Shown here: in pieces, positions 39,010 through 50,879 of the stretch
Position numbering within the stretch: the stretch's first letter is position 1
How the letters are laid out: each line of letters opens with the position of its first letter
Assembly: GCA_964016885.1 (NCBI GenBank)
Contig: OZ024743.1
Location: forward strand, 161,262,001 to 161,326,000
From: Eledone cirrhosa
Taxonomy: Eukaryota
DNA length: 64,000 nucleotides
Direction: 5' to 3'
Program-made: the position numbers and the translations under genes
Notes under the pieces: generated by a model
The model's input: the letters and a program-made list of their open reading frames with translations, nothing else
Database searches by the model: none
Told to the model about the DNA's origin: nothing

Positions 39010-39462
39010 GTCAGCGCATCGGTAGGGGTTCTCCTACATGGATATAAAGTAGTGGCCATACTCGAAAACGAGTTGGCAGCCACCATATATATGTGTGAGA
39101 TGCGTGATGCTGCGTGGTGGTGAGACATGGGTAGCAAATGCAGAGGATATGCAATGGCTGGAGGGAAATGAAGCAAGTATGCTCCGTTGGCTGTACAATG
39201 TCAATGTACGTGAACAACCAAGCATGGATGAGTTGAGAGAGAAACTGTGTATAAGAGGGATAATTTGTAATGTGCGGGAGAGAAGACTGCGTTGGTATGG
39301 ACTTGTGATGCGCATGGAGGATGACCGATAGGTAAAGAAGTACCAAGAAATCCCAGTAGAAAGAAGACGCACTAGAGGAAAACCACGAGAAACATGGGCA
39401 AAGGTGGGGTGGTGAGAGCTGATCTCAGAACGCTGAAGCTCATGGATGATGATGATGATGAT
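39010..39462 (+). mobile_element. RTE 3' fragment
   Basis: MLRGGETW...VRERRLRWYGLVMRMEDDR; ends in (GAT)n. Confidence 0.88.
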
Positions 39463-39855
39463 AAACATTTCCCTATATGAATAAAGACATTGTTAGACTT
39501 TGATACAATGATATGTAAAACTGTTGATACAGCATATTGGAATTCAAATTGTCTCAAAACATACATCAGATTAGCAATTCTTGATGTAATCACTTACATA
39601 TTAATGAAACACATGTCAGTTACATAATAAATATTAGTCCTTCAATTGTGAAATTGGTGTATTCATATAATTTATTAATTTCTATATAGGTACTCTAGAG
39701 ATTACCTTCATTGTACCTATGGTTGATCACCTCAGAAAAACTATGAAAAGTGATTCATATTTTAACCACTGTATGTTGACACAGTCTTCGATTTCTAGTT
39801 ACCCAGATTTAATTAACGGAAACCAATTACTACTATAATCTCTCTCTCTCTCTCT

Positions 39856-39899
<44 letters not shown>

Positions 39900-40227
39900 C
39901 ATCATCATCATCATCATTTCATTTTACGTCCGCTTTTCCCTGCTTGCAAGGGTGGGACAGGAACTGATTCTGGCTTGATTTCTACAGCTGGATGCCCTTC
40001 CTAACACCAACCTCATTTACAGTGAGTGCTGGGTGTTTTTATGCCGTGGCACCTGCACGACCACATGGACCCCAGTCCCTATCATATCATTTCTATAGCT
40101 GAGTAAACTGGAGCAATGTGAAATAAAGTGTCTTGCTCAAGGAAACAACACATCACCCAGTCTGAGAATTGAACTCACAACCTTTCGATTGCAAGGCCAA
40201 TGCTCTAACCACTAAGCCATGTGCCTT
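39900..40227 (-). mobile_element. SINE family A copy
   Basis: Reverse complement of 24628-24968. Confidence 0.9.
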
Positions 40228-40244
40228 CATATATGCCGCATATA

Positions 40245-40559
40245 TATAAAAATAAAATTAGAATTTTATTTCTTGTCCTAGTACAGCTGATATATAAATG
40301 TAAGTATGCATATGTACACACACACACACATATATACGTATACATATGTACGTATGGGTTGTATCGAACATTAATAATAATGTTCGATTCATTTGTAAAC
40401 AAACGCCCTGATTTAAAGCTGTGCTGTGCCAGTGACCGATCGTCACCCATTTGTTCAACACTGGATTTGAGGAACAATCAATATGTTTCTGTGTCATTAC
40501 ACTTCATCAGGACTGTATACCTCTCTGCCAATGTGCTGAATGGTTGAAAATATATAATA
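40245..40559 (-). repeat. Hammerhead-containing repeat, unit 1 (continues at 46119 after the Helitron)
   Basis: Homologous to 46190-46520; hammerhead motif on the minus strand at 40474-40516. Confidence 0.85.
40474..40516 (-). ncRNA. Hammerhead ribozyme motif (core intact, cleavage triplet degenerate)
   Basis: ACAGTC CTGATGA A GTGT AATG ACAC A GAAA CAT ATT GATTGT. Confidence 0.6.
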
Positions 40560-43500
40560 CTAGCAACTGAGCCCGGTTGCACTCGGGGCTACTCGGGGCC
40601 ACTTTTTATTAAGTTAATAAGTTGAGGGGCGACGTGAAGAGAGTGGTTTGACAGAGAGACGTTGGATGGAGTAGGGTTCAAAGATGTTATTGCAGGGCTT
40701 CTTTGTAGACAACATTCCTGGTGTTGCCTAGGTTACCACAAATGAAGAGCATCCGACGTATAGTTGACCATGGGAAAATACCTGCTGTGTTAGATTTAGG
40801 CCAACAACTTGCAGCGATTGTCCTTGTGCTTTGTTAATGCTCATTGCAGAGCAGAGTTTATAGGAAACTGCCGTCGCATAAATTCATAGGGGACATCAGA
40901 GGGACTAAGGCTCATAGGGGTAATTAACCTGGTCACGCCAGCAGCGGGTCCGCTCAAAATGGTTGTCTCCAGAATTTGGGTCCTTATTTTTTTTTATGAT
41001 TAAACGCGTTCCGTTGCATAGTTCTGGTGCATCCAGGTTTCTCAGCAGCATAACTGGCACACCAATCTTCAATTTCAAATCATGAGGAGGAAGTCCTGGA
41101 GGTAGTTGACTGTTGAGGAATTCAATTGGGTAGATGACGGCGTCGTCCACGTTTTTATTGGTGTCAATCGACTTGAAGGAGACTTCATTTCCGGGAATCT
41201 GATCGAGTAGTTTTTGGTTCATCACGTCAACAGTGGCATTGTGTGGTGCCAAACTAGCTCTCCCTTTCAGCCAGGTGTGATCATGGAATCGTGATTCAAG
41301 GTCTGGAAATACAGATGACATTAATTCATCAATGTTTGACACAAAGTTCCCAAAAAGCAAACGGATATGCTCTGCATCCACTCCAGGTGTAGTTCCATTA
41401 CCAACTTCCAGTAGATGTTTTGAGAAATCGATGGAGTCTGCGTCACCATGCACATGCACTCTCATGTTGGTAGTCAGATGTAGTTTGTGGACATACTGCC
41501 ATACGTAGGATGACTTGATGCATGCGTTCACTTCGTCAGCTCTAGTGCCTCGAGTGATAACAGGAAGAGTCTGTCGGAAATCGCCAGCCAGCAGTACTGT
41601 CGCTCCACCCATGACGCGTGAGTTCTGACGCAAGTCCTTGAAAGTTCGATCCAGAGCCTCAAAGGCCGTCTTGTGACTCATGGTAGCCTCGTCCCATATG
41701 ATCAGGCAGCACTCAGAAAGAAGATGTGCTTTAGGGTCGCCACGATCTATTCTACATGTAAGATTCTCCTTCTTTGCAATGTCCAAAGGCAATTTGAATG
41801 CGGAGTGTGCCGTACGACCGCCATGTAACAGTGTCGCTGCAACACCACTGGAGGCGACCGCTAAAGCAATCCGCTTGTCTTTTCGTAGCTTCGCAAGCAA
41901 ACGGTTGATGAGAAAAGTTTTTCCTGTTCCGCCAGGAGCATCCAGGAAAAATAGCCCTCCCTCATTTGAATTGACACTGGAGAGAATTCTGTCATATGCC
42001 CGTCTCTGGTCATGCAAAAGTCTGGGTTCGTCCCGAGCTACCTGATGTGTCATATCGTCGATGTTGTAATTTAACTCACGCATGAACTCTACATCTAAAG
42101 CACTGTGAGTGTTTCGAGGTTGTGGCAAACAGAAATCAGATACACCGCCAAATTTCGTTGAAAGCAAAGCCAGCCGCTGGATCTTCTGCTCGTAGTCTAC
42201 GGAGGATGTCCTCTGACATGTTGTCCTTGTGCGTTTCCCAAAGCTTAAGGGGCTCACCTATGCCGCAGAACAATTGCATTATGCAAAACAGACGTCTCAT
42301 TTCTCGAGGCATCTTACATTCAGGAACCTCTGTCAAAGCCACGTTCAGGTGGGCATCATCTTCGAGTAGCTCGCGCTTCACGCACGCGTCCCTGTAACTG
42401 GAACAAATGTGGCCATTGAAAAGTCTTAGGTTGGCAAATGACTTGGACCCTTTCATTTGATGCAGCAACATTCGCAGGAAAAAGCATTCTTGTTGCTTCG
42501 GATGAACATTGTACACGCATCCGATGGCATTACTTCTGAAGACACCTACCCAATCCTCAACTTTTTCTCCTTGTCGCCGCCGATGCCATTTTTTTTGTTC
42601 GACCAAGTGAAGTAGGTAGGAACATTGACGTAAAAAAAGGTAACTGCAAACGTATCGACAGAACATAGCTTAAAAAATGCTGTAAGCGTCGTCTCAGGTG
42701 GCTGTTCGGCAGCAGCCGATGCGGTTTCCTCAGTGAAATAAACGCGTTGACCATTCTCTAAGTGAACATCCAAGTTAACAACTGCTGGAGAGCACCGGTG
42801 AATTTCAAGCCCCAAAATGCGCCAAGCTGCCATATTGGACGAAATGTATCTTCCCATCATGAACTGAGTAATTTCGTCTTTTGATTCTACACCATCACTG
42901 AGGCCAACCACCGCAATGTCGCCGCCTTTGTTGATGTATTTGCAGATGTATTTAATGCTTTTAACAGATGTGCAGGACTCCACATTGATGTGAGCATTAA
43001 AAATGTTAGCAAGCAAAGGACTGTAAGGCACCACCCAGCTGTTGTCAATGTCGTATTCTTTCCCCTTCTTCTTAATCTTAGCCGAAAGGCCGGCAAAATC
43101 GGGAGCACGCCGCCGGTAGATGGGGTAGCCGTCAACACCAGTGCAAGTTTCCCTGGTGAAGGCTCTGGGGTAGTGTTTGGTGCACTTGTTCCCCTCCATG
43201 CATGAATTTTGGCTGTTAAGGGTACCACAGGGTCCATGTATCATATTAGCCAGCACAATGTTGTAAAGCTGCAAATCAATTTGGGGATCGGGCAACTCTG
43301 CACATATAACGCGATCAATGTCCGTAGGTCTGATTCGTTCTTTACACCAAATAAGAATATGTGCGTGTGGAAGACCCCGCTTCTGCCATTCCACAGTATA
43401 CATCCAAGCATTGAGTTGTCCGTAGATGGCCTTATCTTTCAGCAAGCACATTAGTTTCTTCAACTTTCTATGGAAGACTCTGGCTGTAATATCATGCCTG

Positions 43501-46118
43501 TTACTCGTCACCTGGCCCGCGAATAAATTCTCCTTAATCTCCACCCAATTAGGATTACATGTGAAGGTAATAAAAAGATCCGGCCGCCCAAACTTACGGA
43601 CATACGCCATGGCATCCTGTGTCCGTTTATGCATGTACCGGGGTGAGCCACTAAAGTTTGAAGGAAGGATCACCTGATGCCCAACATTGGTTGCGCCACC
43701 ATCACGCTGCAAAGCATCCTTAAGATGAGCGTATTGAACCCCTCTTAGTTCTTTTTGATGGGTACGTATGTACAGAAGACGTTTCGCTTCAATCTTTGCA
43801 TACATATCAACCAAGAACTGGTTTGTCACCTCTTTGAACCTAAGTAGTTGGTTGAATTGACCATCTCTAATCATGAGTCAGTATGCATAAAAATCCATGC
43901 TGGAAACTTTCTTTGGTAAAACAGCAAGACTTTTCGGATCAATTGTGGGAATCTCGAAGTTGTAGCCATCCTCGCCGTAGAGAAAAGGAAGAGGGTACTG
44001 CAAGCAATCGTACGATCGATGGGTTTCTGCAACGGACATCAGTCTGTTATTGCGATGCAGAATGATGATGTCACGTGCACCATGATTTTTTGTCAACCAT
44101 GATTGCTGCTACCTCGTTGGTAGTTGGAGCGTTGAAACAACAGGATGCCCACCCGCAGGTTGTCTGTCAGCTCCGATGACCAAGTTCATCTCATGTCTAG
44201 AGTCCAAAAGCTCCAAAGCACTCTTCAAGTCATGGACGTACGGATGGGTTGCATGGAGCATAGTTTGAAGTTCCGCAACAATGTTCCCCTCAACAGCTGA
44301 ATTGATCTTGCATCTTTGGGAAACTTCCTCATCATTCCCACCCATGAAGAATACCTGGAGGAATGTAGGTTCCTCGCCTAGCTGTGGGCGAAGGCTTCCC
44401 ATTAGGTGATAACACTGACCGGGAATTTTGTAGGTGTAAAGTTTTTCTTTCTTTCTTTCTTCATTGTTGTCATAATTGCTAGCGACACCGTTGTTGTTGC
44501 TGTTGTTGTTGTTCTTTTTGTTGTTTCTGCCATCCCTTACACCAAATGATGTCATAGCGAAGCATAAATTTTATCTCCAAATGCTTTTGCGAAACTTTAC
44601 TCCGTGGTCAGAGTTACCAATGAGAAGATTTTGCAGCAAATCAGGAGGATCAGCTAGTGCCTGAAGTCGAACTTTTCCCCCGGAACAGCAAAGACCCGGA
44701 ACCTCACCGACCCACTTCTTAGCCCCACAGGACTGACATACCTTATCCATTTTTCCAAGAGCCAAATCCGGGTGATTGGTGTAATCATCAGAAGGATTGT
44801 AGTTAAAGCCAGCTTTTAAGCAAAAAGTGTCCCTTGTAGTAGCAGCATTTTCTTGACATTTACGCCAGCCTTTCTTCCCTTGCCTCCGGAGTCTCGTTGA
44901 GACATGAGCGTTGACGTCGAGTGCGCTGGTCAGAAAGACGATCCTCCCTTGCCTCCGGAGTCTCGTCAAGAAGTGAGAGTTGGTTTCGAGTGCGCTGATC
45001 AGAAAGACGGTCCTCCCTTGCCTCCGCAGTCTCCTCGAGACGTGGCCATTGGTCGCAAGTGCGCTGGGCAGTAAGACGGGCCTCCCTTGCCTCCGGAGTC
45101 TCGTTGAGACATGACCGTTGCCGCTGAATGCGCTGGGCAGAAAGACAGGCTTCCCTTGCATCCAATGTCTCCTGGAGTTAAAACAAAAACTGAATGCTTT
45201 AACTCGGCCACTGCTGTTTTACAACTTCTCAAAACAGAAATAATATTTTTATGGTGATAAAAGAAGCAAAATAACAAAGGATATCGATAAAAGACGTACC
45301 TACGCACGCGCCTCCATTCTTCGCAATTTAAGGGCTTTATTTCATTTAGAAGAAAATACAGGTTGTTTTCGGTTAGGCATATCGTATAACGATACTATAG
45401 AAGCAGTGTAAACGTATTTTAGGGTAAATACTGAACCACTGAGAGCATGTAGTCGTTTCAATAAAAAGTTGCATTAAAAAGGGGGGCATTGAATGTAAAA
45501 TGCTAGGCTAAAAGCGAAACATTAATGTCATTGTTTACGAATAATAAATTGGAAATGCTTCACTAAGAGATGGATATAAAAGTATTTTAGGTTAAATAGT
45601 ATAGGTGTGTAGGATACATACATACTCATGACACTCAGCTTTATATAAGTATCGTGTGTATGTGTGTGTGCTATGCGAGAGACGACAGATCAAAGATATA
45701 TAACATGTTACTGAAAGTTAACTAAAGTTTGCTAGTCCCTCTCTGTCTCTCTCTCTCTCAATATCTAACACTTTAATTGTATCTCTCTCTGTCTCATGGC
45801 CTATCTCTCTCTGCAGTGTATAGGGAGTGAAGAGCGACAGACAGAGTAAAGCAGTTAAATTATAGAGAGAGGGAAGAGCGACGGAGAGAGTAAAGCTAAG
45901 AAACTATATGGAGGTAAAATCGATAGAAAAAGACAGTTTTTTTGCCCTAGAGTCCACATTTTTTAATTTAGATAGCCCCAAGTAGGCCTGTCGCTTCCTG
46001 GGCACCTTTTACATTAATGTGTAAATTTTCATGACAATCAGAGCATTGGTACTACCCTTTTGCCTGTATCCAGACACGACTCAGACAATTTTCGCCCATT
46101 TCACATTTATATAATAGA
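40560..46118 (-). mobile_element. Near-complete autonomous-type Helitron (5559 bp)
   Basis: Minus strand begins TCTATTATATAAATG and ends CTAG, with a subterminal CCCG...CGGG hairpin; inserted A|T with no TSD; removing it restores the host repeat; encodes Rep and Pif1 helicase. Confidence 0.95.
40690..45171 (-). pseudogene. Helitron RepHel gene, frameshifted (23-aa repeats, Zn finger, HUH Rep, Pif1 helicase)
   Basis: CQSCGAKKW...CCSGGKV; KFGRPDLFITFTCNPNW, VEWQKRGLPHAHILIW (HUH), KYICKYINKG (Y2); FLDAPGGTGKTF (Walker A), IIWDEATM (Walker B), GDFRQTLPV, LCNGTRL; split over several frames. Confidence 0.95.
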
Positions 46119-46570
46119 TTTTCTAAAGTATACATTGGCTGAGTAGCTTTATTTGCATACCAAATGAGTTGCGGCTGGCTTTGCTGAAAATTAAAAATAA
46201 TAATAGAATTTTATTTCTCGCCCTAGCACAGCTGATACATAAATGTTAATATGCATACATACACACACACACACACACACATACACACACACACATATAT
46301 ATATATACATATACATATGTACTTATTGGTTATATCAAACATTAATAATAAGGTTTAATTCATTTGTAAACAAACGCCCAATTTAAAGCTGCGCTGTGCC
46401 AGTGACCAATCATCATCCATTTGTTAAACACTGGCTTTGAGGAACAATCAACATGTTTCTGTGTCATTACCCTACATCACGACTGTATACCTCTGCCAAT
46501 GTGTTGAACGATTGAAAATATATAGTATTTTCTTATGTATACATCAGCTGAGTAGCCTCATTGCATACCG
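46119..46570 (-). repeat. Hammerhead-containing repeat, unit 2 (tandem with unit 1; 411-nt period once the Helitron is removed)
   Basis: Degenerate hammerhead at 46444-46486; GAGTAGC...TTGCATACC recurs at 46141 and 46549. Confidence 0.85.
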
Positions 46571-46717
46571 AGCTAGGGCGAGAAATAAAATTTTATTTTT
46601 AATTTTCAGCAAAGCCAGCTGTAACTTGCTTGGTATGCAAATGAGGCAACTCAGCTGATGTATACTTAAGAAAATACTATACATTTTCAACAATTCAGCA
46701 CATTGGCAAAGAGGTAT

Positions 46718-46760
46718 ACAGTCCTGATGGAGGGTAATGACCCAGAAACATGTAGATTGT
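46718..46760 (+). ncRNA. Hammerhead ribozyme motif (one core substitution)
   Basis: ACAGTC CTGATGG A GGGT AATG ACCC A GAAA CAT GTA GATTGT; stem I ACAGTC/GATTGT, palindromic ACATGT stem III, GUA triplet. Confidence 0.6.
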
Positions 46761-46952
46761 TCCTCAAACCAGTGTTGAACACACAGGTGACGATTGGTCA
46801 TCGGCACGGTACAGCTTCAAATCGGGCCATTTGTTTACAAACGAATTGAACATTATTATTAATGTTCGATATAACCCATATGTACAAAGGTATATGTATA
46901 TATGTGTGTGTGTGTGTATATATATATATGTGTGTATATATATATATATATA

Positions 46953-47190
46953 TGTGTCACGACAAAAAAACACACAGTCCACGCTGTAATGTGGCCGTGT
47001 AGGCAACACAGTAAAAACCTCCCAGCCCCACACTGTAAATGTGGTTGGTGTTAGGAAGGGCATCCAGCTGTAGAAAACCAACCAGACAGTCCTATGCGAG
47101 CAAGACAACCACTCTTGCCTCAAGTGGGAAAACTCCCGTCCAAACCCATGCAAGCGTGGAACATGGACGTTAAACGATTGTGATGATGTG
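46953..47190 (+). mobile_element. RTE 3'UTR fragment (very similar to 6603-6830)
   Basis: Shares caaaaaaacacacagtccacgctgtaatgtggccgtgtagg...cccatgcaag with the LINE tail at 6603-6830. Confidence 0.85.
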
Positions 47191-48564
47191 TGTGTGTGTA
47201 TACATATGCATACTTACAAATATGTATATATAGTTGAAAAAAGGGAGTAAAGTTCTATAGAAAACAAACGTTCTAGTAAAAAAGTGAAGGTGTAAATGCA
47301 CAGAAGTATATTTAAAGATTAGTTTATCTTTAATCCAATAGAATGAATAGTTTTATAATTGTTGCATTAAATATAACTGGTTTTGATTGGTAAAACTATC
47401 TTATCAAATATTAGATATTAAATATTAAATAAATGTTTTTCTTGTATTCTGTGAGCATTTCAAATATATGTGAGTTTTTTGTCAAACTTTCTACTTATAT
47501 ATATGTCCTTTATGAAGGTGGAGGTGGGGTTCAACCTGTCAAGAATTCAATTGAATTCACTTGATTAAAAACGGAAAATATTCTTACCATTCAAATAGAT
47601 AGCATTTTACAGAAGGATGAGAATGCTTAATTCCCAATCAACTAGAATACAGCCTTTTTCACCACCAACCTATAGATCTCTGCTATCCTCTTACTCCACA
47701 ACTTTCTGTTGCCTTTAATATATCTCTCACCAGGACCGGATTTAAAGGTAGCCAAATCGGGCAATTGCCCCGGGCCCCACAAGCGATGGCCATAGCAATT
47801 TATTTGTGCCCTCTGCTGGGCTTTTTAGTTTTAGGATGGTTAGATTTTTTTAAATTTAATACCTGTATGTATAACTTTTCAATTCCAATTACTTGTGCCA
47901 AGCTCATTTTGATATGTAAAATTGGGGTTTTGCTCTGTATTCTAATTTTTTTGTTTATGAGGTGTGTCTACCCCCTCCACCTCTAAATTTTGCCCTGTTT
48001 CCCACAAATGTAGTCAGCCCTCCTGCTTTTCCACTTTTCATTTTTTGCAATGCTTCTTCATAGTCATCATCATTTTACATTTGCTTTCCATGCTGGCATG
48101 GGTTAAATGCATTGTCATAGTTGGAGACCAGACTGGTCAGAGCAACCCCATCTATATTTAGCATAGTTTCTATGACTGGATGCCCTTCCTAATGCTAACC
48201 ATCTTACAAAGTGTATGAGTACATTTTTTGTTGCGCTAACACTACCAATTTACAGAGTGGGCTAGGTGCATTTTATCATGACATCAACACTAACACTTTT
48301 ATTGTGTACTGGGTGCATTTTATCATGCCACCAATACTCACATTTTTACAGTGTACTTAGTGCATTTTATCATGGCACCAGCTCTAATGATGTCCCATGC
48401 TTGTCCGGACGAAAGAGTCCTCTTAAATATTGTTTCCATTCAATTATCAAACTCTGAAGTCTCTACACTTTCACCACATTTACTTTTAATGTTACAGATT
48501 ATTTTTGTTTTAATATTTCTACAGAAGTTTACTCATGGGTCGCAAATGATCATTTGCTTATGAA

Positions 48565-48881
48565 TTTTTCAAATTTTTCCAACCCCACTGCTTATTAAAT
48601 TTTGCTAATCTATCTTCAGTGAAATATTATTTTAAGTGGTAACATTCCTGCAACAATTAATTTTTTTTTAGATATTAAAAAATACATGACAAAAAGAGAA
48701 CATTACAAGAAATCCCATATGTTATGAAATAAATAGGTTGGGTTGGAGTTTCAATTTGCAAACTAAATGACTCAATCTGTTTTATAAAAAAAAATCAAAG
48801 GAGACAACCTCGAAAAATTATCAATTTTCCAACCCCACCGCTTATTCCACCCCAACCTCTTTTATTTGGGATCTGAGAGTA
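48565..48881 (+). mobile_element. MITE-like dispersed repeat (other copies at 16780-17021 + and 63322-63660 -)
   Basis: Shared ttttaagtggtaacattcct core and terminus TGGGATCTGAGAGTA / TACTCTCGGATCCCA. Confidence 0.7.
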
Positions 48882-48936
48882 GCTGTTAGACTAATTTTTC
48901 AAGTTCTACATTTCTGCATTATTTCCTTCTTTTCAG

Positions 48937-49019
48937 TTTGCTGTTTTGTTGTACATAAACGGTGTCATGAATTTGTTACATTTACCTGCCCTGGTGCTGA
49001 CCAGGGTCCAGACTCTGAT
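48937..49019 (+). CDS. PRKCA: Conventional protein kinase C, 83-nt exon (end of C1A domain plus linker)
   Basis: Polypyrimidine tract atttccttcttttcag, then (V)[27 protein letters not shown], then gtaagt. In phase with the 2986-3017 exon (G+TT = Val). Near-identical to c[31 protein letters not shown]. Confidence 0.96.
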
Positions 49020-49759
49020 GTAAGTAACTTTTTCTTTCTCTCATGTTTATTTTTTTTTAAATGATCATTTTCTCCCTCTTCATGATTTGGTTCTTTTCCC
49101 CAAAAAATAGTTGAATAAAATATATGAATATGATTGATTGTGTGTTTGGCAATCAAAGGAACTGAGAATAGAAAGTATTCACTGTTTGTTTGAAAGTCAG
49201 AAAATTCAGATGGCAGATCATATATGAATGGAACATAAATAGGAGTGTGTGAATACTGAACTGGATTTATTCATTCTACTCCACTCACCACCCCAGACTG
49301 CTCTTGGTTTAATATTACCAAGCCTCCATATTCTAAAACATGCTTATGCTCATGTTTAACCCATCCAAACATGTATTTTTCAATTTATTTTTGACATTCT
49401 TTCTCTTATGTTTCAAAAATAAGTATACAAACTGACATCAACTCATCACAGTACCATAAAAAATTACCTATATAGTGAAACACTTATGCAAATGTAAATA
49501 TCACATAAATTAATACACACACACATATAGATAGAATCTCAATTGAAGTCTTCCCATTGCAAGCACAATGAAATCTCATAAAACAAAGATTGAGTATATA
49601 TATAATTATTTATTTATTTAATCAATTTAAACATCTGTATAGATCTAGTAATCCATGACAGACTAGGGAAAGTATTGAGTGCTCCTTTACAGTTGATGAT
49701 CAAAAAAAGCTAGTGAAACAAGTAAGAAAAAGAAGAAAAAAACGGAAAATATTCAAATA

Positions 49760-50820
49760 TTGAAGACCAATGGTAGGCAGACTATGTTTAAAAAAATGAA
49801 AAAGGATGGGAAAGAAGGGAAGCTATAAAACAGAAGTTTCTGTTGTTGAATCTTTTCCTAGCTTCCATGTACTCAAAGATTTTGTTTATATTTTGGAGAC
49901 CCTTAACCATATATTGAACTTCCAATCTTGGTAGTTTTTAGAAAATTGGTTTCAGCATGGCCTCTCTCTCCTACTGATAATTTCTACATTGAATCAAAGA
50001 GTCCCAAAGAGGTTATGGAAAGTCACCACAAGAACATAGAGGTGAATCTCAACGACCTGTTCTTGATAGAATGTAGTTCAAAGGTATATGTCTAGTTCGA
50101 AGCCAGCATAATCTTTTTTATTTGCATTACTCAATGATCAATAAGTTTTGAATGTTGTCAAATCTGGTTGAGAAAATGGGGAATTGAAATTTGTGAGCTT
50201 ATCTCTGGATTCTTCCCAAAATGTTTCCCAAATGTTTGCTAAATGATTTGACCTGCGAACGATTTGGAATGTAGTCTATATCTATTATTTCCCTTTGTGC
50301 TCTTATTTCTTGTTATGTAATATAGGAAGAGAATGGGTAAGCCTGGCAAACCCTGTGTGGGACACTTTAAAAGGTGAATACTTTTGCTTTTCTCATTTCC
50401 AAGAATCAGACATGTACTACAAGGAGAGAGAAAGCTTCCAACCGAGTTATAAAGATGTTTGAGGATTTAAAATTGGTGTAGTTTTTTGACTAGAGTGTCA
50501 TGAATTACATTGTTATAAGCTCCTTTTATGTCTAGTGAGATGAAGCTGGTCGATATTTTCAAGTTTTGAGTTTCTGATGAATGTGATTATTTCATGTACA
50601 CAGTTCTCTGTTTTTATTGACTTGAAATCTAAACTGGGATTTGGGGATTGATTCTCTTAAGTAAGATAATCTATTGCCTATGTTTTTCAGCCTTTTAGAA
50701 AGATTACTTAGTAAAGCTATTGGACGGTGTCATCCTTATTTGGTTTTTTGGTATTACTGACGTATGAATAAATTTCCATATATCTGGAGGGCATTGGAAT
50801 TTAATTATAGTATTAAATAA
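49760..50820 (-). mobile_element. Decayed I-group (I/Nimb/Ingi-like) LINE 3' fragment
   Basis: Minus strand reads WLRTRHIPLNYILSRTGR*DSPLCSCG...LIQCRNY (degenerate C-terminal Cys/His knuckle), with an RNase-H-like VPTQGLPG upstream. Confidence 0.55.
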
Positions 50821-50879
50821 GGTTAGCACTATTACATGATATTACACAACATGTTTCATTGATGATTGTTTTGGGAACA

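Larger units (their letters stand above)
46571..47235 (+). repeat. Inverted copy of the hammerhead-containing repeat (interrupted by an RTE-tail insertion)
   Basis: Reverse complement of unit 2; resumes after the insertion with ATGCATACTTACA. Confidence 0.8.
3018..48936 (+). other. 45.9-kb GT-AG intron of the PKC gene
   Basis: GTGAGT donor at 3018 and CAG acceptor ending at 48936. The flanking exons join in frame into a contiguous C1A sequence, so no intervening coding exon is needed. Confidence 0.88.

Noticed and set aside
40905-42257. Host PIF1 helicase gene
   Set aside because: It follows an HUH Rep domain and lies within Helitron termini, so it is transposon-derived.
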